A stretch of DNA of 64,000 nt from Methanobacteriota archaeon (GTDB taxonomy: Archaea; Thermoplasmatota; Poseidoniia; Poseidoniales; Poseidoniaceae). Of this stretch, positions 1-10,958 are shown in pieces. Position 1 is the stretch's first letter. The number at the start of each line of letters is the position of its first letter. The notes under the pieces are model-generated. The model was not told where the DNA came from. It ran no database searches and saw only the letters and a list, made by a program, of their open reading frames with translations. The stretch lies in NCBI GenBank assembly GCA_949514915.1, contig CATFLP010000104.1, positions 2,480 to 66,479 on the forward strand, given 5' to 3'. The position numbers were made by a program, and so were the translations under genes.

Positions 1-2
1 CA

Positions 3-1505
3 AAGAGAAGATTTTTTGGAACTATTGCTGCAACATTGTTTGCTTTTACAATTAGTGCAGTTAATGTTTCAGCGGAAGAAGGTTCAGATACTGGAGCAGG
101 AGATATAGCAGTAGTAGCAATTTTTGCATTTATACTGATTATTGTTGCTATGGTAATATTTTTGGCACAACGTTACCGTAGATGTCCACCAGACAAAGTA
201 ATTGTAATTTATGGACGAAGTGGAGGTGCCTCGGCTTCTAAAACAGTACATGGGGGAGGAATTCTCGTATGGCCATTAATTCAGGATTATGCTTATTTAG
301 ATTTGAAACCAATGTCTATTCAAATTAATCTGACAAATGCATTGTCTAATCAAAATATTCGTGTAAATGTACCAAGTACTTTCACAGTAGGTATTAGTGT
401 AGAGCCAAACTTAATGCAAAGAGCAGCGGAAAGATTACTCGGTCTTGCACCTCAACAAATTGAAGAATTAGCGCAAGAAATTATCTTTGGACAACTAAGA
501 TTAACAATTGCTATGTTGACTATTGAAGAAATTAATCAAGACAGAGACAATTTCTTAGAATTAATTATGTCTAATGTAGGTAAAGAATTAAACAAAGTAG
601 GATTGTATTTAATCAACGTAAATATTACAGATATTACTGATGAATCAGAATATATTGAATCAATTGGTAAGAAAGCAGCAGCAGAAGCAGTGAATATTGC
701 AAGAGTTGATGTTGCAAATGCTGAGAGAGATGGTTCAATTGGTGAGGCTCAAGCAAATAGACAAAGAGAGATTGAAGTTGCTATAAATGCAGCAGAAGCA
801 CAAAAAGGTCGAAAGAGTGCAGAAAGAGATCAGCGTGTTTTCGTTAAAGAGCAAGAATCAATGGCAGTTGAAGGAGAAAATATCTCTGCTGCTAGTATTG
901 CAGAATATAATGCTACATTGGCGGAAAAAGAAGCCGAAGCAGATAGAAGAGCAGAAGTTGCAAGGCGTACTGCAGAAACAGAAATTCAAAAAGCACAATA
1001 TGTGCTTGAACAAGAACGGTTGAAGGCTGAAGAAATTGTTCGTGAAGAAATTGCAAAAACACAAATTGAGATTGCTGCTGAAGCAGAGGCAGAAAGAGCT
1101 CGTAGAGTCGCAAAGGGTGAAGCAGATGCTATTTTATTCAAATATGAAGCAGAAGCAAAGGGTGTTCAACAAGTTTTAGATGCCAAGGCTGAAGGTTATG
1201 GAAGATTGATTGAAAGTTCTGGAGGAGATGCACGTGCAGCAGCCACATTACTAATGGTTGAGAAAATAGAATCCATGGTAAGTGCTCAAGTTGAAGCAAT
1301 TAGAAATCTGAAGCTTGATAAAATCACGGTTTGGGACGGAGGAAATGGAGGTGCTGGTGATGGTACATCTTCAACTTCTAACTTCGTAAGTAGTTTAGTT
1401 AGAAGTTTACCTCCGATACATGATGTGGCTAAGATGGCAGGAGTAGAGTTGCCAGAATATCTTGGAACAGTTTCTAATGATTCAGAAAATATAGATGTAG
1501 AGTGA
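3..1505 (+). CDS. Flotillin / SPFH (band 7) membrane protein, 5'-truncated by the window edge
   Basis: TM helix followed by an SPFH domain (GGGILVWPLIQDY, LRLTIAMLTIEEINQDR) and an AEAEA-rich flotillin coiled coil. The frame is open back to base 3 (KRRFFGTIAATLFAF...), so the real start probably lies upstream of the window. Confidence 0.9.
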   Translation, partial: KRRFFGTIAATLFAFTISAVNVSAEEGSDTGAGDIAVVAIFAFILIIVAMVIFLAQRYRRCPPDKVIVIYGRSGGASASKTVHGGGILVWPLIQDYAYLDLKPMSIQINLTNALSNQNIRVNVPSTFTVGISVEPNLMQRAAERLLGLAPQQIEELAQEIIFGQLRLTIAMLTIEEINQDRDNFLELIMSNVGKELNKVGLYLINVNITDITDESEYIESIGKKAAAEAVNIARVDVANAERDGSIGEAQANRQREIEVAINAAEAQKGRKSAERDQRVFVKEQESMAVEGENISAASIAEYNATLAEKEAEADRRAEVARRTAETEIQKAQYVLEQERLKAEEIVREEIAKTQIEIAAEAEAERARRVAKGEADAILFKYEAEAKGVQQVLDAKAEGYGRLIESSGGDARAAATLLMVEKIESMVSAQVEAIRNLKLDKITVWDGGNGGAGDGTSSTSNFVSSLVRSLPPIHDVAKMAGVELPEYLGTVSNDSENIDVE

Positions 1506-1518
1506 TTTTTCGAATCAT

Positions 1519-1977
1519 ATGTCTTCAGTATATTCACTAAATCTATCTTCAGGGGGAGTTCCAAAAGTTCCTGTTGATCAGGTGAGGGTTAATTTAAATG
1601 GATTAGATGGAGATAGTCATAATGATATAAAACACCATGGAGGTTTAAATCGAGCAGTTTGTTTATATTCTTTGGAATTAATTAATGATTTAAAATTAGA
1701 AGGGCACAGTATTTATCCAGGTTCTACAGGAGAGAATATTACAATAAAAGGATTAGATTGGAGTAAATTAGAATCAGGATTGAAATTAAAGATTGGTGGA
1801 GTTATAATCAAACTTACTAATCCTGCGACTCCTTGTAAAACTATTTCCAACTCATTTCTTTTAGGTGATTTTTCTCGAATTTCAGTAAGAAAAAATCCAT
1901 TGTGGTCTCGTTGGTATGCTTCTGTAGTTCAAGAAGGATCTATAAAAATTGGAGATAAAGTGTCTTTGGTGCTGTAA
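1519..1977 (+). CDS. MOSC domain protein
   Basis: GLDGD..HHGG..RAVCLY, GENITIKG and PC motifs typical of the MOSC/YiiM family. Confidence 0.85.
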   Translation: MSSVYSLNLSSGGVPKVPVDQVRVNLNGLDGDSHNDIKHHGGLNRAVCLYSLELINDLKLEGHSIYPGSTGENITIKGLDWSKLESGLKLKIGGVIIKLTNPATPCKTISNSFLLGDFSRISVRKNPLWSRWYASVVQEGSIKIGDKVSLVL

Positions 1978-1983
1978 AATTGA

Positions 1984-2235
1984 GTGTGTGTTTTTATGAC
2001 TTTAATTAGTTTGAATTTATGGTCATTAGGTCATTTTTTACAATGGACTTTAGTAGGTCGTTTTTTATTGAAAAATTGGTATGTCTTTTTCATACTCTCT
2101 CTCGGTTGGGAATTAATTGAACTGATACTTCCTTATGAGTTTGCTATAGAGTCTTGGAATAACAAAATTTCTGATATATTGGTTAATTGCATCGGTTTTT
2201 ATTTAGGAGTCATTCTTAGAAAAGATAACACATGA
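1984..2235 (+). CDS. Small membrane protein of unknown function
   Basis: Hydrophobic 83-aa ORF with WSLGHF, WELIE and DILVN motifs, in tandem with the MOSC gene. Confidence 0.6.
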   Translation: MCVFMTLISLNLWSLGHFLQWTLVGRFLLKNWYVFFILSLGWELIELILPYEFAIESWNNKISDILVNCIGFYLGVILRKDNT

Positions 2236-2240
2236 TTGGA

Positions 2241-4631
2241 TTATGAACCACAAGACAAGCAATCATCAGGGCTATCAATACTGCATGCAATCTGATCCAT
2301 GCTGCTAATGTCTTCTGCTCTTTCTTTAAGGCCGCCAACTGTATCTGACATTTTGTCCTTTTCCAAAGTAAACTGAATGGCATCAACTGCTGCTTTTGTT
2401 CTTAAATAATACATTCCAGTTTTCAGCCCTTTTTTCCATCCATAGAAATGCATCGATGATACTTTTGCAGAATTTGCATCAGTCATGTGTATGTTCAAAC
2501 TTTGACTTTGATCAATAAATGCCCCTCTATCTGCTGACATGTCTATTATGTGTTTTTGTTTAATTTCCCAAGTGGTTCTGTATAGCATACGAATATCTTC
2601 AGGAATTATATCTATATTTTGTATTGAACCTTTGCCTTCAAGAATCTTATCTTTTAATTCAAGAGACCATAAATTAGAATCGATTAAATCCTTGACAAGG
2701 TGTTTGTTTAGGATAATAAACTCCCCAGATAGTGTTCTACGAGTATAAAGATTAGATGTAAAAGCTTCGAAACACTCGTTATTGCCAAGTATTTGACTTG
2801 TTGATGCTGTTGGCATAGGTGCTAATAGTAATGAATTCCTAATTCCTGTATCTACTACCTTTTCTTTCAATGAATTCCAATCCCAATTTCCAGAATCAGG
2901 CTTTACATTCCACATGTCAAATTGTAAGATTCCTTTACTTGCAGGAGAACCTGCAAATGTTTCGTAAGGCCCGTCTCTAACTGATAAATCAGCTGAACAT
3001 GTAAGTGCAGCGAAATAAATTGTTTCAAAGATATCTTTGTTTAATTGTTTTGCAGCATCTCCATCAAAATTAAGTTTTAACATTGCAAAAGTATCAGCAA
3101 GACCTTGAACTCCTAGTCCAATAGGCCTATGCCTCATGTTTGAATTTCTTGCTTCAGGTACTGGGTAATAATTGACATCTATAACTCGATTAAGGTTATA
3201 TGCTGCTCTATATGTAACCTCATACAATTTTTGATGGTCAAATTTCATGTTTTTAGTATCTACAAACTTAGGTAATGCTATGCTTGCCAGATTACAAACT
3301 GCAACTTCATCAGGTGAGGTATATTCCATGATTTCTGTACAAAGGTTAGAGGATCTTATAGTTCCTAAATTCTTTTGATTTGATTTCTGGTTAGCAGCAT
3401 CCTTGTAAAGCATATATGGTGTTCCCGTTTCTATTTGTGTGGAAACTACAGCTTCCCATAAATCTCTTGCTTTCACGGTCCTTCTTGCTAATCCTTCAGA
3501 CTCATATTTGTGATATAATTCATTAAATTCTTCACCATATACATCATGTAATCCAGAACATTCATTAGGGCAAAATAAACTCCATTCTCCATCACTTTCT
3601 ACACGTTCCATAAATAAATCTGGAGTCCATAGTGCATAGAATAAATCTCTTGCTCGTAATTCTTCTTTACCATGATTTTTTCTTAAGTCGAGCCAGTCAA
3701 ATATGTCTGGATGCCATGGTTCTAGATATATTGCGCAGGAACCTTTTCTTTTCCCTCCTCCTTGATCTACATATCTTGCAGTTGCATTGAATACTTGTAA
3801 CATTGGAACTATTCCATTACTTGTTCCATTTGTTCCTTTGATGTAAGCACCTTTTGATCTAATTGGATGAACGGATAGTCCAATGCCTCCTGCAGATTTT
3901 GAAATCTTTGCACATTGGTGTAATGTATTGTATATTCCTTCTAGTGAATCATCTTGCATTGTTAGTAAAAAACAACTTGACAATTGAGGTCTTGTAGTTC
4001 CCGCATTGAAAAGTGTAGGTGTTGCATGTGTAAACCAACCCTCACTCATTAAATCATATGTTTCTAAAGCCCTTTCAATATCATTTGAATGAATTCCTAC
4101 AGCAACTCTCATCAACATGTGTTGAGGTCTTTCAGCAACCTTACCATTCATTTTTAGAAGGTATGATCTTGCTAATGTTTTAAATCCAAAGTAATCGTAA
4201 TTATAATCTCTATCGTAATTAATATGGTTGTCTAAAATATCTTTATTTTCTTTTACTATCTCTAAAACTTCTTTAGAAATTAGTGGGGCATGCATTTTTG
4301 TTTCAGGATCTATGTATGAATGCAAATCTTCAATTAATTCACTAAATGTCTCTTTTGTACTTCTATGCAAATCATCTACTGCAATTCTTGCCGCTAATTT
4401 ACTATAATCTGGGTGGTTGCTGACCAAACTTGCACTTGTTTCAGCAGCAAGTTGATCTAATTCTTTTGTAGTGACTCCATCATATAAACCTTCAATTACC
4501 ATTTTTGCAACTTGTCCAACATCAATCCAATTTGTATCTAATCCCTCTGATAAATTGGTTAATTTTTCTAAGATTGCATCGAATCTTACATCTACTCTCT
4601 CACCTGATCTATTTATTACTTGGAGCCCCAT
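2241..4631 (-). CDS. nrdA: Ribonucleoside-diphosphate reductase class Ia, alpha subunit
   Basis: N-terminal ATP cone, [24 protein letters not shown] (catalytic Asn/Cys/Glu), APMPTAS, KTGMYY and C-terminal CLSCGS. Start ATG 4631 chosen over TTG 4640. Confidence 0.97.
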   Translation of the reverse strand: MGLQVINRSGERVDVRFDAILEKLTNLSEGLDTNWIDVGQVAKMVIEGLYDGVTTKELDQLAAETSASLVSNHPDYSKLAARIAVDDLHRSTKETFSELIEDLHSYIDPETKMHAPLISKEVLEIVKENKDILDNHINYDRDYNYDYFGFKTLARSYLLKMNGKVAERPQHMLMRVAVGIHSNDIERALETYDLMSEGWFTHATPTLFNAGTTRPQLSSCFLLTMQDDSLEGIYNTLHQCAKISKSAGGIGLSVHPIRSKGAYIKGTNGTSNGIVPMLQVFNATARYVDQGGGKRKGSCAIYLEPWHPDIFDWLDLRKNHGKEELRARDLFYALWTPDLFMERVESDGEWSLFCPNECSGLHDVYGEEFNELYHKYESEGLARRTVKARDLWEAVVSTQIETGTPYMLYKDAANQKSNQKNLGTIRSSNLCTEIMEYTSPDEVAVCNLASIALPKFVDTKNMKFDHQKLYEVTYRAAYNLNRVIDVNYYPVPEARNSNMRHRPIGLGVQGLADTFAMLKLNFDGDAAKQLNKDIFETIYFAALTCSADLSVRDGPYETFAGSPASKGILQFDMWNVKPDSGNWDWNSLKEKVVDTGIRNSLLLAPMPTASTSQILGNNECFEAFTSNLYTRRTLSGEFIILNKHLVKDLIDSNLWSLELKDKILEGKGSIQNIDIIPEDIRMLYRTTWEIKQKHIIDMSADRGAFIDQSQSLNIHMTDANSAKVSSMHFYGWKKGLKTGMYYLRTKAAVDAIQFTLEKDKMSDTVGGLKERAEDISSMDQIACSIDSPDDCLSCGS

Positions 4632-4719
4632 TTTTAACAACCTCTGTACACACTTGATAGCGCAGTGTCTCTTTGGGGACGCGGACGGTATTAGAACTAT
4701 ACGTTAGATTCTTACCGAA

Positions 4720-5757
4720 TCAGAAGTCTTCTTCCATAGAAAATCTAGTCTGGAGTGACGCCGATGCTTCGCCAGAATTGAGTACTCCACTCTTCTGATA
4801 CTCTCCTACGCGCTTTTCAAAGAAGTTTGTTTTTCCTTGCATGCTTATCATTTCCATCCAAGGGAATGGATTAGTTGCGCCATATAGTCTTGTGCAGTTT
4901 AAAGCTACAAGTAATCTATCTGCCACAAATTCAAGATATTGAGACATTAAGTCAGCATTCATACCAATTAATGAAACTGGTAATGCTTCTAGAATAAATT
5001 CTTTTTCAATAGTTACTGCTTCTGCTACAATTCTGTGTATCTTACTTTCAGAAGTAGGTTTTTCTAACATGCTATGTAATAGGCAAGCGAAATCACAATG
5101 CAATCCTTCGTCACGAGAGATTAATTCATTTGAAAATGTTAATCCTGGCATCAAACCTCTTTTCTTTAGCCAGAATATTGCACAAAATGCGCCAGAGAAA
5201 AATATCCCTTCAACTGCTGCAAAAGCAATTAATCTCTCGGGGAAAGATGCTCTTTTCCTATCAAGCCATCTTAGTGCCCATTCTGCTTTCTTTTTTACAG
5301 CAGGAATTGTATCTATTGCATTAAATAACTTATCTTTTTCTTTTTCATCTTTTATGTAACTATCAATCAATAATGAATAAGTTTCTGCATGGATGTTCTC
5401 CATCATTATTTGAAATCCGTAAAAACACCTTGCTTCTGCATATTGCACCTCTGCTGCAAAATTATAAATTAAATTCTCATTGACAATTCCATCGCTAGCA
5501 GCAAAAAAAGCCAAAATATGTTTGATGAAATGAGTTTCGCCATCAGTTAGGTTCTCCCAGTCTTTAGCATCTTCACCAAGATCAATTTCTTCAGCAGTCC
5601 AAAATGCAGCTTCATGCTGTTTATAGAAATTCCAAATTTCTTGATGTTCAATTGGAAATAATACGAAACGATTAGGATCTTCTCTTAACATGGGTTCAAT
5701 AAATTCACCACTTAGATTGAATTCTTCTTCCATCTCGAACACCTCATCTCTGAACAA
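4720..5757 (-). CDS. nrdB: Ribonucleoside-diphosphate reductase class Ia, beta subunit
   Basis: [29 protein letters not shown] (radical Tyr), VEGIFFSG and RDEGLH diiron motifs. Confidence 0.97.
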   Translation of the reverse strand: MFRDEVFEMEEEFNLSGEFIEPMLREDPNRFVLFPIEHQEIWNFYKQHEAAFWTAEEIDLGEDAKDWENLTDGETHFIKHILAFFAASDGIVNENLIYNFAAEVQYAEARCFYGFQIMMENIHAETYSLLIDSYIKDEKEKDKLFNAIDTIPAVKKKAEWALRWLDRKRASFPERLIAFAAVEGIFFSGAFCAIFWLKKRGLMPGLTFSNELISRDEGLHCDFACLLHSMLEKPTSESKIHRIVAEAVTIEKEFILEALPVSLIGMNADLMSQYLEFVADRLLVALNCTRLYGATNPFPWMEMISMQGKTNFFEKRVGEYQKSGVLNSGEASASLQTRFSMEEDF

Positions 5758-5906
5758 GCACTGCTTGGATTTTAACCACCAAAAAAACTCGCTAATAACC
5801 TTGACTAATAATATGTCAAAAAAAACCCAAAAATTAATTATATTTCATTTACCAAATTATTGTGAACAAGTAAAATGAATTCTTCTTATAGATGATGTTT
5901 TAGCGA

Positions 5907-6932
5907 GTGATGAATATGCGTCGAATAGTGATTAGTAAATTGGGGTCTCCTGAGGTATTAAAGGTTGTAGAACAAGAGAAATTAATTCCTTCGGATGATG
6001 AAGTGATAATTAGAGTTAATAAAGCAGGAATTAATTTTGCTGATTTAATGATGCGTTTAGGAATTTATGGAAAAACACCTGATGTGCCTTTTACACCTGG
6101 TTATGAGGTGTCGGGAGTAATTAGTGAAGTAGGCAAATCTGTTGAAGGATTTCATGTTGGTCAACGTGTTGCTGCATTTACAGGAGTAGGCGGTTATTCA
6201 GAGGAAGTAAATGTACCATCAAATCAAGTAGTTTCCATTGGAGATGACATCTCTTTTGAAACGGCTGCTGCAATGCCAGTAACATACATAACAGCATACC
6301 ATATGTTAGTGGAATTAGGAAATATAAGGGATGGAGATACTGTATTGATTCATCATGCAGCAGGAGGAGTTGGTACCGCAGCGGTACAAATTGCAAATGC
6401 ATTTGGTGCTTCTAGAATATTTGGAGTTGCATCTTCGAGGAAAAAGGAATTCGTTGAAGGTTTAGGAATGAGATTCATAGACAGGGATTCTGAAGATTTT
6501 GTTAAGGTAGTAAAAGATGAAACAAATGGGGCTGGTGTACATCACGCTTTAGATCCTGTAGGAGGACAGCATCTCAAAAAATCGTTTAAGGCATTAAGGT
6601 CTGGAGGTAAATTATATGCTTTTGGAGGATCATCATTTGTAAGTGGTCCAAAAATATTCAAACCAACGGCACTTTGGAGATTACTCAGAACACCAAAGTT
6701 TTCCCCTCTGGGAATGATTGGTAAAAACAAAGCAATTTTTGGAGTGCATATGGGTACAATAAAAGATCTGGATTTAATGCGTAGAGAGATAGAAACATTG
6801 GTTGAAATGTTGAATAAAAAACAAATAGTGCCAATAATTGACAAAGTATTCCATTTCGAAGATGTAGCAAATGCTCATCAATATATTCATGATAGGAAAA
6901 ATAAAGGAAAGGTCTTATTGGACTTCTCATAG
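5907..6932 (+). CDS. Medium-chain dehydrogenase/reductase, VAT-1 / quinone oxidoreductase-like
   Basis: GINFADLMMRLG, PFTPGYE, AAGGVG nucleotide-binding motif, and C-terminal RKNKGKVLL. Confidence 0.88.
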   Translation: MMNMRRIVISKLGSPEVLKVVEQEKLIPSDDEVIIRVNKAGINFADLMMRLGIYGKTPDVPFTPGYEVSGVISEVGKSVEGFHVGQRVAAFTGVGGYSEEVNVPSNQVVSIGDDISFETAAAMPVTYITAYHMLVELGNIRDGDTVLIHHAAGGVGTAAVQIANAFGASRIFGVASSRKKEFVEGLGMRFIDRDSEDFVKVVKDETNGAGVHHALDPVGGQHLKKSFKALRSGGKLYAFGGSSFVSGPKIFKPTALWRLLRTPKFSPLGMIGKNKAIFGVHMGTIKDLDLMRREIETLVEMLNKKQIVPIIDKVFHFEDVANAHQYIHDRKNKGKVLLDFS

Positions 6933-6936
6933 ATTT

Positions 6937-7347
6937 TTACAATTTCACGGGTCTTGTAGCTCCACATGCTAGACATTTTAATAAAGTAGTGCGGTCTTCT
7001 TTAATGAAAGTTGTATCTGGAGAATTGCATTGAGAACATTTAATGTAAGTGTTTACATAATTTACAAACTTTTGTTTAATATTTTTTGGAGGAATTCTAC
7101 CTTTGAAGTGTACTCTTGGACCATCTATAGCCCCACTAGTTCCTAATTCCTTTAATAAATATTGGAAAACATGTACTAAATCTCTGTCCATGTGAGAAAC
7201 TACATCTGAAAAATTTCTAATATATGTGTTTGAACCTTCTATCATAATATCTGGTGGTGGAAGAGTCCACCTTTCTCTATTAGATATTTGATCTGGTATT
7301 TTTTCTCGCGCACGATCTAATAAATCCTCATAATTGAAGTCGCCCAT
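6937..7347 (-). CDS. eif2b: Archaeal translation initiation factor 2, beta subunit
   Basis: YEDLLDRA N-terminus, LLKELGTSG, and a C-terminal CSQCNSPDT...CLACGA zinc ribbon. Confidence 0.95.
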   Translation of the reverse strand: MGDFNYEDLLDRAREKIPDQISNRERWTLPPPDIMIEGSNTYIRNFSDVVSHMDRDLVHVFQYLLKELGTSGAIDGPRVHFKGRIPPKNIKQKFVNYVNTYIKCSQCNSPDTTFIKEDRTTLLKCLACGATRPVKL

Positions 7348-7431
7348 TGTACTTCCGAAGGAATGTGTAACATTAAGGCTACTATAATCGACGTATTAAT
7401 ATCACATGGATTAGACCCTATTTACGATAGC

Positions 7432-8028
7432 ATGGCATTAAGTATCGATGAATTAAGAAGAACTGTCGCCAAATATAAACAACAAGGATTATCCACAGAA
7501 CAAATTGCTGATGAATTATCACTTTCTGAAAGTACAATATTATGGTTGCTTACAAATACAAATGAAAATAATTCAGAAGAAAGGCCTGCAGACATTAGAA
7601 TCGGTTGGAGGACAATAGGTGCTAGACCAATCAGGGTAGCAGCTTTATCAAATATTTTCGCAGATGTAGTTTTAGAAGAAATGAATTGGGATGTTGAATT
7701 ATTAGATACAATTGTAGGAATAAGCATCAATGGTATATTATTTGCACATGAAATCGCTTCGCAATTAAATGTAGATGTTGCAATCCATAGAGATAGTAAA
7801 GGTGCAGAGGGTGGGCATTTATCAACAAAATATGGACAAGTAGGTGGTAAAAGAGTAGTAGTTGTTGATGACGTATTATCTACTGGAAGTACCATGAAAA
7901 ACACAATTTCAGTTTTACAAAAAATGGGTGCAGAAGTATTATTGGCATTAGTATTGGTCAATAAAACCCAACTTAATGAAATAGATGGAGTACCTCTTAG
8001 AGGATTAATTAGGACTGTAACCGTGTAG
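7432..8028 (+). CDS. PyrE-like HTH-phosphoribosyltransferase protein (GfcR-like regulator)
   Basis: N-terminal HTH (GLSTEQIADELSLSESTILWLL) and a PRT motif (VVVVDDVLSTGST). Start ATG 7432 preferred over 7363. Confidence 0.85.
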   Translation: MALSIDELRRTVAKYKQQGLSTEQIADELSLSESTILWLLTNTNENNSEERPADIRIGWRTIGARPIRVAALSNIFADVVLEEMNWDVELLDTIVGISINGILFAHEIASQLNVDVAIHRDSKGAEGGHLSTKYGQVGGKRVVVVDDVLSTGSTMKNTISVLQKMGAEVLLALVLVNKTQLNEIDGVPLRGLIRTVTV

Positions 8029-8037
8029 GTGATTTAG

Positions 8038-9645
8038 ATTCATTGGGCAGATGCAGTGGCACACAGATTGTCTCATAGGGGTAAAAAACATATTATTGCA
8101 GCAGGAATCACCCCTAGTGGAGAGTTTCATATTGGCCATCTTAGAGAGATATTAACGGGAGAGATAATTCATAGGGCTTGCCTTAGATTAGGTTTAGAAT
8201 CAGAATTTGTTTTTGTTGTGGATTCTGCAGACCCTTTGAGAAAAGTATACAATTTTTTAGATCCAGAATATGAGAAATACGTTGGTCACCAATTAGCTTG
8301 TATCCCTGCGCCAGACGAAAATGGAAAACCAGGAAAAAATAATGGAACATATTCTGAATATTTCTTGAACCCATTTTTAGAAGCATTGAGTAAGATTGGT
8401 GTGAATCCTAAAATAATTGATAATTACAAGAGTTATGCAGATGGTAAATTTGCTAATGCTGTAAAGATTACATGCGAAAATGTAGAACAAGTAAGAGAAA
8501 TAATTGAAAAAATTTCTGGAAGAGAATTATCAGATGATTGGTTTCCTTATAATCCAATAAATGATTCAGGCTCAATGGAAGGTTTAACAGTGTCTAGTTA
8601 TGAATGGCCCTATGTGTATTGGAGAGATAATGAGGGTAATTCTGGTAAAAATGATATTAGAAATGGAGAGGGTAAATTACCTTGGAGACTTGATTGGCCC
8701 GCAAAATGGAGTTGGTTGGGAGTAACTTGTGAACCGTTTGGAAAAGATCATGGTACTTCAGGAGGTTCTTATTCGACAGGAAGAAAGTTTTCTGAAATGT
8801 TTGGACATGAGCCTCCATTTCCTCTGACTTATGAATGGATTTCTTTGAAAGGAGAAGGAGCAATGTCTAGTTCTACTGGAGTTACAATTGGGCCAATGGA
8901 CGTTTTAGAATTAGTTCCTTCAGAAATATTAAGATATTTTATTGCACGTTCAAAGCCAAGTAAACATTTGGAATTTAATACAGGAGAATTATTGTTAAAT
9001 CTTGCAGATGAATATGAGAGGACATGTTTATCAATAGTTGAGTCAAAAGACGAAAATACTGAGACTTTATCTAAGAGGCAACGTGTATTGAAAGAAGAAG
9101 CAGAAGGAAGTATACGTTATTCAAAGATTGATAATGACTCAGAAATTGACGATTCTTTTAAAGTTCCTTTTAGGCATCTGTCGATGTTAGTTCAGATAAG
9201 GTCAAATGATGAGGATGTTTATTCTGCACTTGAAAAAGGAGGTTATATTTCCTCAGCAAAAAAACCAAGCAAAAAACTTTCAGAAAAATTATCAAAGATT
9301 AGAAATTGGATAGAATCAGATCATTTCCCAGATAATTTAAGAATTAATATCAATTCTTTAATAGATATAGATTTAATTAAAGATTATTCTTTTTCTAAAG
9401 ATTATTTGACAGAATTATTAATTTCTTTTCAAGAAATAAATGAGTGGCGTAGTTTAGAAATTAGCCAGGCTATAAATTCACCAGCAAAAAAAATGGGTTT
9501 AAATTTGGGAGAGGTATATTCATTATTATATCTTATAATATTAGGTGAAAAATCAGGTCCTAAATTAGCGAGATTATTAGAAGAACTAGATAAAGAATCA
9601 ATATGTAAATTAGTTTCACAAGCGGCGAATCATAAAACCTCCTAA
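8038..9645 (+). CDS. lysS: Class I lysyl-tRNA synthetase
   Basis: GITPSGEFHIGH (HIGH-like), GKLPWRLDWPAKW, EPFGKDH, AMSSSTG (KMSKS-like). The conserved N-terminal (M)HWAD begins at ATT 8038. Confidence 0.96.
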   Translation: MHWADAVAHRLSHRGKKHIIAAGITPSGEFHIGHLREILTGEIIHRACLRLGLESEFVFVVDSADPLRKVYNFLDPEYEKYVGHQLACIPAPDENGKPGKNNGTYSEYFLNPFLEALSKIGVNPKIIDNYKSYADGKFANAVKITCENVEQVREIIEKISGRELSDDWFPYNPINDSGSMEGLTVSSYEWPYVYWRDNEGNSGKNDIRNGEGKLPWRLDWPAKWSWLGVTCEPFGKDHGTSGGSYSTGRKFSEMFGHEPPFPLTYEWISLKGEGAMSSSTGVTIGPMDVLELVPSEILRYFIARSKPSKHLEFNTGELLLNLADEYERTCLSIVESKDENTETLSKRQRVLKEEAEGSIRYSKIDNDSEIDDSFKVPFRHLSMLVQIRSNDEDVYSALEKGGYISSAKKPSKKLSEKLSKIRNWIESDHFPDNLRININSLIDIDLIKDYSFSKDYLTELLISFQEINEWRSLEISQAINSPAKKMGLNLGEVYSLLYLIILGEKSGPKLARLLEELDKESICKLVSQAANHKTS

Positions 9646-9707
9646 AACAGCATTATTGGTGTTATTGAGCATTATACTTGAAGAACAATAACAATTCTTG
9701 CGTGTCG

Positions 9708-10958
9708 ATGGGCGGGGTGTATTGTCCTAAGTGCGAGGCCGAGGTCGACGCTGTTGCAAAGTTTTGTTTAGCATGCGGTCATAGTTTTTTGAATGGCGAG
9801 GGGCCAATAACCTCCACAGGTCATGATTTGAATGAATTAAAAGAAGCAATAAAGGTTAGAGAAGATATTTCCATGGCTGAAAAATTCAACTTAATGGCTC
9901 AAATTGAAGAAGGAGCCAACCCAATTAGGTTAGGCATAGCTGCTCCTGCAGAAGATGACAATTCCTATGAGGGCCTACCATACCTTGAAGATCAAGATAA
10001 ATCTGATGAAGAAGATTTATCTGTAAACTTAATGAAATTTGGTGATAGTGCTGCTTCAAATTATGCTGTAAATAGTGTAGTAGGATCATCAGAAGCATGG
10101 GATTTAGTAAAATCTGGAAAAATAGATTTTTCAGATAAATTATATCGAGAATCTATGACTTTAGGAATAGATGCATCTAAGCATATTCATGATATTTCAA
10201 CTGGTGAATTTGAAGGAGTAGATGCTGAAGTAATTAAAGAGATTCCAGTTTTGAAACCACCAAAAAGATCATTTTGCCCAAAATGTGGAACAGATATCCA
10301 TTCATTTACAATGATGCAATGGAGAAAATGGCGTGATGCATCATCAGATGTTGTTGGAATACAACTAGAAGCAGCCATGGAAACATCAATTGTTAAGGTT
10401 AGTGCACACTATATTAATGAGATGGAAGATTTAAAAATTGACAATTCAAAATTAAAAGCAGAAATTGATGATTTGAAAGAAGAACTTGAAAACACAGATA
10501 AAAAATCAATTGAAGCAAAGTTAAGAAAGTCTTTAACAACAAAAATTAGAAAGGAACTATTGAAAGAATTAAAGTCAGGCAAAGATTCTATAGAAGAAAA
10601 AGCAGAGCCAGAAGAAGAATTAGACGACGATTCTGAGGATGTTGAAACAACTCAAACACCCGCTAAGAAGAAGGCAAAGTCTTTATTTGGCCCAGGCAAG
10701 AAATCAAAATCATTTGATGGTAAAAAATCAGAGAAACCTGAATGGTTCCTTAATGAAGCACTTGACACAGTATATGATCCACATGGGACAGGTAAAAAAT
10801 TGAAGAGAAGAACAATTCTTGCACGCTCATCTAAAGGTAATGTAAGGGTAGAAGATGTTGTTTTTGATTATGCAAAATCAGGAGAAAAAGGGATTTCTGA
10901 ATTGGCATGGACTTCTCCAACAACAAAATATATTATCGAGGCATACGATTCTTGTTAA
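9708..10958 (+). CDS. Zinc-ribbon / coiled-coil hypothetical protein
   Basis: YCPKC..FCLACG and FCPKCG knuckles, a central coiled coil and a Lys-rich low-complexity region. Start ATG 9708. Confidence 0.75.
   Translation: MGGVYCPKCEAEVDAVAKFCLACGHSFLNGEGPITSTGHDLNELKEAIKVREDISMAEKFNLMAQIEEGANPIRLGIAAPAEDDNSYEGLPYLEDQDKSDEEDLSVNLMKFGDSAASNYAVNSVVGSSEAWDLVKSGKIDFSDKLYRESMTLGIDASKHIHDISTGEFEGVDAEVIKEIPVLKPPKRSFCPKCGTDIHSFTMMQWRKWRDASSDVVGIQLEAAMETSIVKVSAHYINEMEDLKIDNSKLKAEIDDLKEELENTDKKSIEAKLRKSLTTKIRKELLKELKSGKDSIEEKAEPEEELDDDSEDVETTQTPAKKKAKSLFGPGKKSKSFDGKKSEKPEWFLNEALDTVYDPHGTGKKLKRRTILARSSKGNVRVEDVVFDYAKSGEKGISELAWTSPTTKYIIEAYDSC

Noticed and set aside
2241-4631. Intein or intron in nrdA, a common insertion target
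   Set aside because: The length is normal for class Ia alpha, and there is no intein splice motif or homing endonuclease insert.
4641-4719. Possible riboswitch or structured leader between nrdB and nrdA
   Set aside because: Only weak, imperfect stems in under 80 nt, with no recognisable aptamer consensus such as a cobalamin box.
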